This document shows, one piece after another, positions 28,281 through 55,323 of a DNA stretch of 64,000 nucleotides. Each line of letters starts with the position of its first letter. The first letter of the stretch is position 1. Source of the stretch: Salpingoeca rosetta (lineage: Eukaryota; Protista; Choanoflagellata); assembly GCA_033442325.1 (NCBI GenBank), contig JAWQFM010000010.1:1422019-1486018 (forward strand), given 5' to 3'. The notes beneath the pieces are model-generated. The model was not told the origin of the DNA. It worked only from the letters and a program-made list of their open reading frames with translations, and searched no databases. The translations under genes were made by a program, and so were the position numbers.

Positions 28281-30420
28281 CACACACACACGTTGCCACT
28301 CATGCATGCCCGATTGTGCTGCGTGTTTGTCTATTGGACAGTGGATGCGGAGAAGGCGACGGTGAATCTTGCCTTTCTTCGCGCCGTCTTTGAAGTGTTT
28401 TCACGCACCGAAGAGCAAGGCTACAAGCAAGAAGCCCAAACAGAAAAGTGTAAGTGCGCATGTGCTCCGTGAACAGTGATGCTGTGTGTTTGTGTGCGCA
28501 TGTGAGAATGGAGCGTGTGCTTGGAACCACACGCGTTCAGGCCAGTCACAAGGCACCACCACCACAACCAACACGTCTCTGGTTCCCACTGCAGCGAAAT
28601 CGACCAAATCCAAACGTGGTGGCGCATCGCCTGCAAAGCCGTCAGCTGCAGCAGAGCAGCGGGCCAGCGAGCAAACTCAGCAGCCGGAGAGGAAGAAGGC
28701 CGCAGGCGCCTCACATCACACACATCAACCAGCAGAGAAGAAGAAACAGCAGCAGCAGCAGCAGCCAACGAAACAAGAAGATGAAGAAGGAAAGAAGAAG
28801 AACAAGAAAGAAGAAGAGGAGGAGGCGCCGCTGTCCACGCCCGAATCCGCAGCGCTGAATAGCCTCCTCCAACGCGCCACCAACCAGGCTGCTCCGTCAA
28901 CCACATCCTCCTCTGCCCCTTCCAATGCACCTCAACAGCAACAGCAACAGCGGCAGCAGCAGCAGCCTGTTGATGTGCCCATGGCTGCGTTCAACCCCGC
29001 CAACGTGTTTGAGCAGATGGCGAGCGGCACGGGCGTGAATCCGTTCGCGCCAGCAGAGGACGACGCTGCCTTTGACCCTGCGGTGTCTTTTCAGCCATAC
29101 AGCTTCCTGGAGGAGGAAGCTTATGGTTCACAGGACGTGCCATACTTCATGAGCCACTCACCCATGCAGCAGCGCCCACCACGCCCACCACCACCAAGCG
29201 CGTTTTACGGCCACCCGCGCCCGCCCGTCCACCACCCCATGCACATGCACATGCACATGCAAATGCCGATGCACATGCGGATGGGAGCGCCACCGCCACG
29301 CCCCCACGCGCCGTGGCAACGGATGCCGCCGCCAGGGGTCGCGTATGCGTCCCCGTATGGCCCTGCGCGGCCACCTGCTCCCCATGTGCCCGGTATGCCG
29401 TTTGCGTACAGACCCCCAGCCCCACCACCACAGCAGCAACAGGCACAGCAACAGGCACAGCAGCAGCAGCAGCAGCAGCACGCCCCTGTGTCTGGCCGGC
29501 TTGGCGAGTTGCTGCAAGCTGCATCGTCCAAGCAGGCAAAGCACCAGCAGAAGAAGAGCAAGGGCAAGAAGGGTGCCAGGAAGGACAATCAGGACGACAC
29601 GAGCGAGCCCTTGAGTATTGCCGAGCTGGAGGGTGGGCTGGACGCAGCCATTGCAACAGACCCTGCGCTTGCACCAGCAGCGCCAGCAGCGCAGACATCG
29701 GCAGCTTCTGGTGGTGGCGGCGGTGGCGGTACACTGGCAGCCTTGTTGAGCGGGAAGAGCCCATCAAAGTCACAGTCAACGTCGCAGCCAAAGCCAAAGC
29801 CAAGAGTAGCCGCGCCACCAACATCGGCAGCACCGGCAACCACGTCTGATAAGGTGCCGCAGCCGTCAAAGAAGACAGGTGCTTGGGGCACTCCCACCAC
29901 CGCCACCGCTACCACCACCTCTGCCTCCAAGACAGCGGGGACGGCTGGCGTGTCGGTCGGCAAGAGGGCGCCTGCGCTGCGGCGAACGGCAAAGGGCATC
30001 GTCGTTTCCGGTGGAGGCGGTAACAAGGCAGCAGCGGACAAGAACACCACCACCAAGGACAAGAACACGAAGGCCAAGGCAACAACAGCATCATCATCAT
30101 CGTCGTCTTCGTCTGGCAAGCAGCAGACGGGCAGTGAGAAGAAGCAGAAGAAAACGACGAAGACGGCAGAAGAAGGTGGTGAAGCCACGAAAGCCGGGCA
30201 GGGCAACAACGAAGCAGACAAGGAGGCCGTCGTTGAGGAAGAAGAAGAGGAAGAGGAAGAGGAAGAGGAAGAGGAAGAGGAAGAGCCTACAACGCGATGG
30301 GTTGTTGGTGTTGGTGACATCTCCACCGTGGACGACTACTACCGCGTAAGCTCAAGAAGGAAGGAGGGAGGGGGCGAGAGGAAGTTTGTGTGCGTGTGTG
30401 CGTGTTTGTGCGTGTGTGCG

Positions 30421-30482
<62 letters not shown>

Positions 30483-32438
30483 TGCTCTATGTGTGTCTGT
30501 GGGGTTGTGCTTTATGTGTGTGTGTGTGTGTGGGGTTGTGCTTTATGTGTGTGTGTGTGCACTCACGTTACAACACAACACGCGTGCACGTGCGTGTTGC
30601 AGGTCAAGTTTGAGGACGTGGAGGGCCACCCCGTTGATCGCGTGGTGCTCGTCAAGGAATATCTCGAAGGATTGCTGTACGTGAATGGTGAAGGGGATGC
30701 TTCTGGTGGTGTTTTTGCACGTGTTCGTTCGGGAGGAGGGCATTTGCGCATTGCTGCCGTGACAGCACACACGCAATCACACGATCACACTGTTACTCGC
30801 ACACATATACACACTCTCTCACCCACCCACCTTCACCCTCACTCATGCACACACACACACACATAATCTCTCACTCTCTCACACACTCTCACTCGTGTCC
30901 TTCTACAGGTGGACCCTCAACTACTACTACCAAGGCGTTGCGTCCTGGTCGTGGTTCTATCCGCACTACGCCGCTCCGCTGCCCACAGACGTCCTCGCCG
31001 CGTGCGATGTTCTCCCCTCCATCGCATTTGACGCAGAGACAACACCGCTCCTTCCCTTCCAGCAGGTGGGGGACGAATAGCGTGCTGCCTGTTGTCCTCC
31101 GTCCTCTCTTTCCCTCGTTTGCTTCCTTGGGCTATTTGGTGTGCGTGCGTGCGTGTGTTGTGTGTGTGTGCGTGTGTGTTGTGTGTGCGTGTGTGCGTGT
31201 GTGCGTGTGGTGTGTGTGTGCGTGTGTGTGCAACACAGGCTGCGCGTATCGCTTCCCCCTCCTTTGCCTCGCCATCACCTCATCAATCAACACCATCGTC
31301 AATCAACACTGCCATCACCATCATCGTCATCTTCACGGTCACCAGCTTCTGACGGTTCTTCCTGCGGAGAGTTCGCAGCTGCTGCCGCCCTCGCTTCGCC
31401 CGCTCCCGCTCGACCAATTGAAGGAGTTTTATCCATCAGGTGGGGAAGTGGCTTGAGGTGGGACGGCATGAGAGTATCGGCCGTCTTGTGTTTTGTGTCG
31501 AGAGCATGCGCGCACGTTTGTTATCCCTATCACACCCAGGTGCATACGTAGTCACTCAGGCACATACGAAGTCCCTCAGGCACACGCTATCCCTTCGCAC
31601 CCCCCCCCCCCCCACCCACACACACTCACACACACTCACTCACTCACGCACAATCCCTTCACACACACACATGCACGCTTGGCCGTGCCTGCTGCAGAGT
31701 ACCCGTGTGTTCCGGACGTGCGCGGGCGCGAGTGGCGGGACATTGTTGTCATCCCCGTCATTGACGGCGAAAAACTCCACTCCGCATACACGCGTGCCAT
31801 TGCTGCTGCGCCACTCTCTGACGAAGGTGTGCCTGGCTGGAGACAGTATGGCGAAAGTCATGCGAGTGACAGCGCATGAACGCGCAGACGCATGCATGTG
31901 TGAGCATGCGCACATGCACCACACACACACACTCACACACACACGTGTGTGAAGCGCATGTATCCACTGTGCACCTTGGTGTGGCCATCATGCACACTCA
32001 CTGCCATTCGCTGGGGATCTTTCCCCTTGCTCTGCTCTGCGTCGTCTTCCACGTGCACATGTGTTCAGAAACTGCGCGCAATTCGCACGCGCCAGCGACC
32101 CGCTTCACCTTTGACAGCTCTGCCGCGCACATGAACAAGCCGCCACCCGGTGCTGGTGCGTTGTTGGACGCACCCATTATGTGGCATGCACAGTGTTTTG
32201 TTACGGATTGAACCCGTTGGCATGCGCTCACTTGTGCTGCTATTTTCTCCTCTGACACACACACACACACACACCCATACATATCCATTTCAACAGAGAT
32301 GCTTCGTGCTCACACCACACGCTGTTCGTCGGCTCCACTCGAGCTCGGGTGAGCGGCAGTGTATGTATGTGCACGTGGGTTGACGCGGGGCGTGGAGATT
32401 GCACGAATCACACATGCACACACATCAGATGTTCATAC

Positions 32439-32518
<80 letters not shown>

Positions 32519-34430
32519 CCGCTGCCCGAGGGCCGGTTCAAGCCTGTTGTGCTGCCAAAGTGCAACACGGGCCCGTTTGCGCCTCCACCAGCGTTCCCAA
32601 CTCTCAAATTCCTCCGCTTCACCGCAGTGAGTCCACTTTGCTGCACGTCTTTGTTTGACAGTGCGACATGTCGTTTCGCCAAACACACGCGCCCACGCGT
32701 TCATATGCATGGGCATGCAAACGCGCCCCCCCCCCAACTCACCCCAACACCGCATAATTGACACTCATCCATCAACCAATCATCAACCTCATACACACAT
32801 CACCAACCACCATATCATACTTGCCTCCATTGCGCTGCAGACACTGGATGACATTGGCGTGCGTGTGCTTGGCCCCCGCAGCCGGCTGCCGTCGCTGTGC
32901 ATCCGCCTTGAGGACGGGCTCCAGCCGCCATCCGCCCGCCCCTCCGCCGAGGAGCAGCGTGCTACGGTCCGTGTGGGCACGCACACCTGTGTGTGTGTGT
33001 GCGTGTGTGTGTGCGTGTGTGTGCGTGTGTGCGTGTGTGTACGCGTTTGTGCGTATATCAGGGTCTTGTGCGTCTTTCACTCCCACGTGTTCAGTCCCAG
33101 GCCTTGCTTACCATCGTCTCACGTTACCACCACCGCTGGCTCGTGCTGTTCAGGCCAAGGCGGCAAATGACCCGGAGAACTTTGATCTGTATGTGGAGGA
33201 CATCAAGCGTGCACGCATTGCGCAGACGATTCGACTTTTGCTGAACAAGACATACACTGTCGACTACCCGTTCCCATGCGTTGGCAAGGTGCAGGCTGCT
33301 CATGGTTGTGGCAGCGGGCGTGGGGAAGACAGCGGTTAGGGTGGCTGTGGTGGTGGGTGTGGTTGTGGTGGTGGTTGTGGTTTTGCGAAAGCGTACTCGT
33401 GTCACCAACAATGCCGGTGTGGAGGCGGTGGACCGTCGCACACACACACATACATGCACACACGCCTTGGCTGATGTCGTGCCGCTGAATGTGCGTTGTG
33501 CTGCTGCAGGTTGTGTCGGCGTACGATGAGGAAGGCCACCATCGCTTCCACCGCGGACAGGTGAGCAGTTCCAGTGTTGGTCATTTTGGTCGCGTGTTTT
33601 GCTTTGCCTGTGTTGGTGTTCCTGCTTGTGCATGTACGTGTTTGTGCATGTGTGTGTTATGCTTGTGCTTGATACACTTGCCTGTACTCAAACAAGCAAC
33701 CTTGGGTGTTGGCGCAGGTGAAAGTGCAAGCCGATGCAACGTGGGAAGAAAAGCGGACAACGGTGCGCAACGAGTACCTGACAAAGCGTGGCGTCGACGT
33801 TGGCGACATCGAGCTGCTCTTGGAGGTGCGATGTATTCTGTGCACACGTCGCTGTAACCCTGCTTTGCTGTGGCTCAAAGCACGTGTTTTCTGTGCCGGA
33901 GCCGCACGACGCGAGTGGTTGTGTGCGTGTTCATGTACTTTGACATTCATGTGTGTCCACGGGTTTGTGTTTGCACTGCCCTCGGACCCTGCTTTATCTG
34001 AGACCGCAAGCATGTACTTTGCTCGTATTGATTGCATCAGGTTGCTCCGCTTCGTGGTGTTGTCCAAACAACGTCGTACAACGTTGTCGAGGACTTTGAC
34101 ATGCAGAACACCGTTCTTGTTCCAGCGCAGGTGTGTGTGTGTGTGCGTGTGTATGTTTGCGCATGTGCAAGCCCGCAGTCCCTCCATGTTGCCACCTTGA
34201 CCTCTCGTGGCGTTGGCAGCGCTCACGCCATGATGTGCGTACACCTGTCTGAACAGGCAATTCCGTCCACAAAGCCGCGCGCCGACAAACGGTACAGAGC
34301 ACACCACCTGCAGTGTGAAGGTGCACACCTTGCCGTGCAGAACATTTCCCTTTCATTGCAATCGCTCCCTTTGCGCGTCGTCTCATCCGCACACACACAC
34401 ACACACGCACGCACGCACGCATACACACAC

Positions 34431-34498
<68 letters not shown>

Positions 34499-34499
34499 G

Positions 34500-34559
<60 letters not shown>

Positions 34560-35473
34560 CACACACACACATACCCACTCACACACACAAGGTTTGAGAC
34601 CCGCCAGCGCGACCGCTCCAAGCCGCTGCTTGAGAAGGGAGATGCGTGTGTGTGCCTGCTTGAGGACAATTTCGGTGTGACGGCCCGCGTGACCGGAACA
34701 ACGGTGAGCAAGGAGCTTTTGCGCTGTTGTTACATGCAATCGGTTGTGTGTCGTCTCGTCATTGTTCGGTAGGCTTGCCTCCCCTCCCCAAAAAAAAAAT
34801 GTGCTGCTCAGACATACGCGCACGAACTACATATTCACAACACATGTGGATGAACAGTCGAAGCATGAGCAGCTGCTTTATGTGATCAAGTCGATCCCTT
34901 CGCCCCCGGACGAATTTGAGAGGTGGGAAATGAACAGCGAACAAGCACTCGCTTTCGTCTCCTATGCAGCTGTTTTCGTGTGCACATGTTGCGGTTTACT
35001 CTGCACCTCTCACCTCAAGCCCCTCCTGTTTCCTTCATTTCAATCACCACCACCACCACTGCTGTTGTCGTCGCCAGCGCCGCTGCGTTTGCAGCCAAAC
35101 GCCTCGCAGCCCAAGAGGAGGTAAGTCGTGTGCGCATGTGCGAATGTGATTGTGCGTGTGTGTGTGTGTGCGGGTGAATGTGCGTGTGCGTGTGCGAATG
35201 TGCGCGTACGTGTGCGTGTGTACATGTGCCCGTGGAATTCCGCATGAGAAGTGCGTCATGGTGGCATTGTCTGACGAGCAGCGACGTACATATTCAGGAG
35301 TTCATGGACGAACCGAAAGCGGCGCGGGCTGTGGGCATCAAGACCATCACGTTCTCAAGGTACGAAGGAGACGCATTATTGTCGTATTTGCGCTGAGTGC
35401 ATTGTACACGTTTCGACATCAACACATACACAGACACACACACACATAGACTGACAGGCAGGCAGACACACAG

Positions 35474-35504
<31 letters not shown>

Positions 35505-35812
35505 GAGACACACACACAGACACACACACACACACACACACGTGAGCACGAACACATGGTTGAACGTGCACGCTGCGCACTCGTCCCCTTACTTTCTCCC
35601 GTCGGTTCGCAACATGGCTGTGCTCACACTGTCGTGCTGGTTGTGATCACAGACTTGCCAGCTGCATCTCCGTGCGCTTGCCGGATGGGCAGCGAGCTGA
35701 TATTGGTGAGACCAGCACAAGTCACAACTCTCTAAGTTGCACGTGCTTGCTCATGTTACATGTTCTAAAATACCATGCCACTCAACCTACACAACCGTCT
35801 CTCGCCCAATGC

Positions 35813-35872
<60 letters not shown>

Positions 35873-37875
35873 GCACGCACGCACGCACTCTCTCTGTCTC
35901 CACGTGTTGACATATGTGCTTGCGCTCAGGGCTGGGCATCAAGTTCTCGCGTCGTCAGCTGTACATGGCAGGATACTCCCGCGCAGTGCCAGGTGCAGCC
36001 ATGGCGGCAAATGTGTTCGAGGCGGAGGGTGGATGGCTCCTGGCACGTGGTGTACGGTGGACACCACCTTATGTGGAGTGAACAGTATCTCATTGAGCGT
36101 TCACACACACACACACACACACATACACACACACACACAGACAAGCGCCGTGGGAACGGTGCGGTGCGCTGGCAGTACACACAAGCGGCGGTGTCGCTGA
36201 TGCAAGAACTGAAGACGAAGTTTTCGGCGCTGATGGCTGTCATTGATTCAGATCCCAAGCAGGACCTCTTTGACCTCAAGCAGCTGCTCAGGCACGACAG
36301 CGACGTTGAATCTACTGCTGACCAGGTGACATGTCGCAGTGGTGCTGGGAGTGTACATTTGTGTGTAGAAATGTGTGTGTATATGTGTGTGTATGTATGT
36401 ATGTGTGCATGCATGTGTGTGAGAGGGTATTTACTCAGTTCAATAGTTCATGCAAGGTGCGACTTGCCTCGCTCAAGCCAAGCGCAGTTCTTCACCCAAC
36501 CTCCACCACTTCAATTCCTTGCATTTCCATTCACATGCACCACCACCCGTCTCCTCTCCTTGTGCCCCCCCCCAACGACGGCCTCAGCTGCTTGCCTTCC
36601 TCGCTGATCTTCCAACGGCGCAGCAGCCGCTCACGTCCTGCGACAGCCGCGCAATGCCGCCCCACGCCATTGCCCAGCTCGAACAAGCCATAGACGACGC
36701 TCGCAGCGCACACAAGGTGCACGCATGTCTTCACAACCATGTGTGGTTGTTTGTGATTGTGTGGTTATGTGAGCGTGAGCTTGTGTGTGTGTGCTTGTGT
36801 GCGCGCGCGTGTGGGTGTGCGTGCGTGTGGGTGTGCGCGCGTGTGCGTGTGTTTGTGTGTGTGTGCGTGTGGTTGACAGTCTCCATGACATGATTTCACC
36901 ACGTATCCATGCATGCGCGTGTTGACATGAATACACACCATCAATAGGATTTGCTGACGGAGACGCTGCGTGTTGCGGAGTTTGGTCTTCGCCCGGCGGT
37001 GCGCCTGCCCACCGCACATCGCGACCACGTAAGAGCGCTATTCGCTTGCAACTGCTGCTGCTGCTGCTGCTGCTGCTGCTATTGTTGTTGTTGGCGGTGT
37101 TCTTGCTGGATGTGCTCTAGAGTCTGATGTCACACACACATGCACATACATACACAAACATGCACACACATATACACGCGTGCGCAACTGTGCTGGCCAG
37201 GCTTCGTTTGGGATTGGCCACCGCGTGGTGTGCATCTGCGACAGCGGCCCCGTTCCGTTTGGGCTGACGGGCACCGCTGTTGGCGTTGAGGCGCGCGGGC
37301 AACGGGTGCAGGTTCTCTTTGACGAGCCCTTCCTCAGCGGCAACAACCTCGGCGGAAGGTGTGTGTGTGCATGTGCATGTGTGCGTGTTGTGTGCGTGTG
37401 TACATTTGTTTGTTTGCTTGTACGTGTGCTCGTGATCTCACTTGCTGCTCATCGGCTGACGCCATTCTCGCCACACATGCGTCGTTCGTTGTCCGACAGG
37501 TGTCGTGGCTTCCGCGGATACACGCTGCCCCACTGGTCACTGCTCAACCTCACCACCCGTGCTGGCCGTGTTGCCAAGCGATACCAGCCAAAATCAAGGT
37601 TCGAGTGAGCATGTGTGCGTGAGCGTGTGTGTGTGCGTGTACGTGTGCGTGTGCGTGTGCGTGTGCGTGTACGTGTGCGTGTGCGTGTGCGTGTGTGTGT
37701 GTGTCTGTATGGGTGTTTGGATGACGGAACACTCACTTGTGTTTGTTTCATGTGCCTGCTCCCACCACATGCCCCTTGCAGTGGCGGGAGTGGTGGCAAG
37801 CAGCGTGGGAAGAAGAAGCAGGAGCAGCAGGCCTCTGCTAGCACTTACAATCCCTTTGCTGCCCTTGCCTCATAG
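25230..37875 (+). CDS. XRN1: 5'-3' exoribonuclease 1 (XRN1 type), multi-exon
   Basis: 'MGVPRLFRLLVERYP..FDNLYLDFNGIVH', 'FIAIDGVAPRAKMIQQRQRRF', 'FDSNCITPGTEFM', 'VPGEGEHKIMDF', 'GLDADLIMLALATHEPHF', 'GNDFLPHL', 'YYYQGVASWSWFYP'. The XRN1-specific C-terminal SH3-like block 'GHRVVCICDSGPVPFGLTG..VLFDEPFLSGNNLGGRC' is present. Ends YNPFAALAS*. Confidence 0.93.
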
Positions 37876-38136
37876 CTGTGCTCTGTTCCCTTTGTTCATG
37901 CATGTGTTCTTCTGTGCGTGAGTTCTTGTGTTCTTGTGGAGGAGTGTGGGTGGGTGTGTCGAATCGTTGACTTGTGCTTTGCGTTTTCGTGTGAACGTTA
38001 TTATTGCTGCCCTTTGTTTTGCCGCAATTGCCTTCCCCATCTCTGAGCGCTGGGAGCAGTGTAAGATTTCAGCGAGTTTTCCCCAATAAAATTGGAAACA
38101 CAACAAACAAACAAACAACAACAACAAAAACCAACG

Positions 38137-46071
<7,935 letters not shown>

Positions 46072-47159
46072 CATAGTTCCAGCACCACATTAACATGACG
46101 TAATGGAACCCCAGTCGTCGTATGGCACCTGTATGCCACATGTATCAGAATGGTGTTTGTCAAAGTGTTGCTTGTAACATCACATGATGCCCACCCTGCT
46201 CATTTCGCCGAGGTTGTGACCAGAGCCGAGTATTGATGTTGTGTTTTTACCAGCTAGCATCAAGGCGCTAATGATGTGACATGACGACAACAACAACACA
46301 CAACGAAAGCACATCCCCACTCATCATCAGTAGCAGCATCATGAATGGAAAGGGAACACGAACCAAACACGTCGTGACATTCATGACACAGCACCAACTG
46401 AGGAGCAAGAAAACAAAACATTGAGAAAAGGTTGCGGAGGTGGTGTCATGTGAGGCGAGATGTTGGCGGTGAAGAGTGACAGCACAGCACAATACACCAG
46501 AGCAGGGTCACGCTTACGCTTGTAGTGGTTACTTTAGATACATCAACAAAGAACAAGGGTAGGACAAACAAGAAGCACTGGGAAGGGTAAGACGTTGAAA
46601 GAGAAGAAGACAAAAGGGGCTGCGCAAAGATGGCGTGGGGAGAGAAACAATGAAGCCGGTCCAAACACTGCACGAGACTGAAAAGCAAACCAAGAATCAC
46701 GCATGGGGGGGGGTGGAGAAGCAGAAGAAATGGACAGGGGGACCAAACGATCCAGGAGGGGATGAAGAAGTGTATCGACGTGGCAGGGCAAAGCAACCCC
46801 TCTGATTTGACGACAACAACACCACAGTGATACGACCTGAGCCAAAGACCACAAAACAGCTGTAACTGCACTCCATCACTCAATCACTCACTCACGTACA
46901 CAAATCACTCTGAGACACTCGTTCCCACGATCACATGCACGCAGTCACACGCCATTCACTTGGAGAATTCTGAGGACTGAGAGAGGGAGGGGGGATGGCA
47001 ATGGGCATGTGCGCGACAACGAGGTACGAGGCACCACAAAGAAGCGGACGGGCTGACGGTTAGCACAGCGACGAGATCAAAGACATCAAGCGGAGGCAAG
47101 GGAATGAACAAGGGGCGCGGAGGAGGAAAGGCCGTGCGTGTTTTGGTGCGATGTGATGT

Positions 47160-48859
47160 TCATGCTGCCGCTGGCGCTGCCTGGTCGGCAACACCCGCCT
47201 CTTCGGCGCCCGCCTCCCGCACGGAATCAAAGAACTTGTGCGCCATCGCCTCGGTTGCCGTCAGTCGCTCCTGCAGCCACAAAGCAACAACACAGATCAC
47301 AGGCAGGTGAGGCATCGCCGTGGCAAGGGGGAGGGGCGTCATTCCACATGTCACTACACACCACGCATTGAATCGTGACAGAATCGAGCGCAGCAAGGGC
47401 GCCGTACACGTGCGTACCTGGTGGTCGTAGCGAAGCAAGTTGTCGAGAAGATCAATGCCGTCGGGTGTCACCAAGTGCTTGTTCTCCGGGTTGACAAACC
47501 GCATCCAGTTCTTCGGTGCCGTGCGCACGCTGAACAAAGAGCGATAGCGAGCGTATGGTCAAGTGAGTGTGCGTGAGTGTGCGTGAGTGTGTGTTGGCGG
47601 GTGGAAACGTGGAACAAGAGAGGTGAGCTCATGGAGCAAGGAATGCATGGCATGAATCGTCAAGAGAGCACGCAAAGAGAGCGTACACAGTGTGCGTGCT
47701 TCATGCGTTGCTGCTTGCAAAACAGCGCATGGCTGCGCGAGGAAACAAGAGCGAGGAGAGACGCACTTTGGCAGGAGCTGGTGGTAGTGTTGGTCGAGCA
47801 CAATCTTGTACTTCTCAATGTAAGCGTGCAAGTCGTCCGTCCCGAGCACCTTGGCAATCTTGATCAGCTGCACACGCACACGCACACACATGCGCACGCA
47901 TACAAAACAGAAGGGGGGGGGAAGGGGGTTGTGAGTGGCGCTGCGGATGAAAGACAAGCAAGGCAAGGGCAAGGAAAAGGGAGGGTGATGTGCGTGCGTG
48001 TTGGGTCGTGTGTGCGGTTGGGTCGTTTGCGCCACGACATACCTGGTCGTAGTTGTCGTGGCCATGGAAGAAGGGCTCCTTGCGGAAAATCTGATTTGAA
48101 GCAGTGGGCCAAGGACCGCAGCGAGCGAGCACAACGGTGAGGGAAGGCGCAAAATCGAACACGCAGGTCGTCGATGTCAAAGTACATGCAAAACAAAGAT
48201 CAAGCCGCAGCCAGGACAAGGGGATCGGAGCATGCAGACAACCAATGCATACACAAAATTCGAGCACGCAGATGACGCACCATGCTGGCCATGACGCAGC
48301 CGAAGCTCCAGAGATCCAACGAATAATCATACTCCTCAAAGTTGACAAGCAGTTCGGGGCCTGCATGCAGCAAGCAGCAGCAGCAGCAGCAGCGCAGCAG
48401 TAATTGGATTCGCAAAGGCAGGCGGTGCGATGAGAGTCGAGTCGAGTCGAGTCGAGTGGAGCAGTCTGAGAACACGTGCATATGTACAGAAACAAGGCAC
48501 ACGTGCATGTGTACAGAAACAAGGCACACAAATGCCACACAAACACACAGAGGTTCATTTACACAAGCAAACGCATACACATACACATACACACAAGCAA
48601 ACAAGATGCGCACCTTTGAAGTATCTGGAAGCCACTCGCACGTTGTATTCACGGCCAGCGTGATAGAATTCGGCCAACCCCCAATCAATCAATCGAAGCT
48701 GTTAACATGGCACAGGAGCACAAGACAAGCGAAACCGTGCTGGCGTGAGCTCGTTGCGGTGTCAACGCACACACACACGTATACACATGCACAGACACAG
48801 ACACGGACACACACGAAGACAGACACTGGCACACTCACAGACACAGACACACACACGCG

Positions 48860-48908
<49 letters not shown>

Positions 48909-49387
48909 GGACATGCAACGCAGCGCGCGGATCAGAGTCACCCAAGACTGAGACACGCACCTCCTTCTTCTCGTGATCAATCATAAAGTTGTGTGGCTTC
49001 ACGTCGCGGTGCATGATGCCTTTGGAGTGGCAAAAGTCCAATGCCTTGAGCAGCTGGTACAAGTAGTAGCGGATGTCCTGCAGGGTGAAGCGTGGAAAGA
49101 GCACCTGCAAAAGCACAAGCAAGATCATGTCAATGGCGTTGTTAGTAAAGGGTGTGTGTGTGTGGTGTGGAAGGCAGTCGTCGCAACACACACCCAAGAA
49201 AAACCGCAAGCAAGAGCAACCTAAGCAGCATCAATCGTACTTTGAAGTCTGTGTTGTTGACGTGTTCGAAGATGAGAGCCGGCGTTTTCGACTGCAATTG
49301 TGTGTTCGTATGTGTGTATTCGTGATGAAGAGTGAGTACGCGGGGGGAAGCCTGTGTGCTCGGAAGTGCATACGGCGAGGGGAAGCT

Positions 49388-49473
<86 letters not shown>

Positions 49474-49663
49474 TGTGTGTGTGTGTGTGTGTGTGAGTGG
49501 GTGAGAGTCGACACGGTCGTGCCATGTACCTTGGGGTCCCGCACGACGTCGAGAAGGTTGATGACATTGACACCACCAGCGAGGTTTTGCAGAACCTTGA
49601 TTTCACGCTTGATCTTCTTCTTCTTCACCGGCTGTTCGCATTGAAAGGAGAGAGAGAGAGAGA

Positions 49664-49706
<43 letters not shown>

Positions 49707-49939
49707 GTGAGTACAAGGGTGTGAGTGAGTCCATGTGCGAGTTTGTGTGTGTTTCGAACAGAGCAGCGTACAGCCTTCCATGATGCTCGGGCAGGGCACG
49801 TACCTTGAGAACCTTGATGACAATGGTTTTGTTTGTTCTTGTGTCGATACCTTCAAACACTTCGCTGTACTTGCCACGGCCAAGCTTGCATGTGATTTGG
49901 TACGGCTCTGGGTTCCTGTGGGCCATCCACACGCAAATC

Positions 49940-50009
<70 letters not shown>

Positions 50010-50330
50010 GCAGCAGCAGCAGCAGCAGCACACAACAACAACAACGTGTGCATGTGGAGAGTCGCGCGTGTGGTTAAAACACCAGAAGTGATGGAACAAC
50101 AAACAAGGTCCTGTGCAGAGGGCAAGGGCAATGTTTGTCGACGCGTTTGTGGCACATATGTGTGTATGTGTGCATGTGCGTGCGTGTGCATGAGAGTGTG
50201 GGAAAACGCACCCCCATTGCAGCGCGAGGGCCTCGTAGTCCCAGTACTCGCGGGGTTTGTGCGCGTTCACGTCCGCGTACACCTTGGCAACGCTGCCGGA
50301 CAGTTCCCTGCGCCTCCGCCTTGTGCCCAT
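47160..50330 (-). CDS. CSNK2A1: Casein kinase II catalytic subunit alpha
   Basis: '[19 protein letters not shown]', '[12 protein letters not shown]', '[18 protein letters not shown]', '[11 protein letters not shown]', '[10 protein letters not shown]', '[16 protein letters not shown]', '[18 protein letters not shown]'. Confidence 0.97.
48472..48528 (+). repeat. 27-bp tandem duplication in a CK2 alpha intron
   Basis: ACACGTGCAT(A/G)TGTACAGAAACAAGGC occurs twice. Confidence 0.9.
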
Positions 50331-51210
50331 GGTGCTGTTTGATGAGAGAGAGAGAGAGAGAGAGCAATACAGACGAGAGGTGGCGCGAAAACACGTGGTT
50401 GGAGGTGAGGTGGCGCTATGTCGAGGGTGTGTGTGTGTCGATGTTTGTGTCGATGTATGTGGATGTATGTGCATGGATGTGTGTGGGTATGCTTCGCTCG
50501 GCCGCTTGTGCCAAGATCACGGGTGTGTGCCTGTAGCAAAGACTACCCAGGCATTCCGCAACGCTCGCCTCTCCCCCACACAGCCACGTGGCTGCACACT
50601 CCGAGGCAAGCAAGCTGCACCACCAGAGCATTGTGTGTGTGTGCGTGTGTATGTGTGTGTGTGTCGACCGCAGCGCGGCGAGCGGACAAAAGGCGCACCT
50701 GTGTTGTCGTGTTCAGGTGTGGTGGTGGTGGTGGTGGTGGGATGTCTGGCACCTGGGTGCTGGGTGCTGGGTGCTGGGGGGCTGGGCTCTGTGTGACAGC
50801 CTTCGACAAGCCGGAGCAGAGCAAGGAAGAAGCCCCAAAAGCTGCTGCAGATGAATGGAGAGCACTTTTGAGTGATTGTGCTGTGCGCTTGGATGTCCTC
50901 GTGTCCAACAAACACGCCAAGGCACAAGAGAGGAAAGAGAAGAAGAAGCAGCAGGTGGCACAGCCGCGCGCTCTGGGTTGTGATTGGCGAGTTTGATTAT
51001 TTTTTTTTATTTTCTTGTTGCTTGCTGGCTCGCCCTCGCTTTGTGAGCTCGTGGGTGCAGAAAAATTGTGCATGTTATTAAAAATATCGCTAGAAAGACT
51101 CGGTGGTAAAGGCGGGATTTTTTTGCCATTTGCACCCGAATTTGCGCGACCGTAGTTTGCCAATTGCACTCGTCCCCAACCGACAAGGCACTACAAAGTG
51201 GTGGACGGAG

Positions 51211-55323
<4,113 letters not shown>

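Noticed and set aside
51105-51150. E2F-like sites (GGCGGGA, TTTGCGCG) upstream of cyclin L
   Set aside because: Short motifs in GC-rich DNA; not supportable without conservation or binding data.
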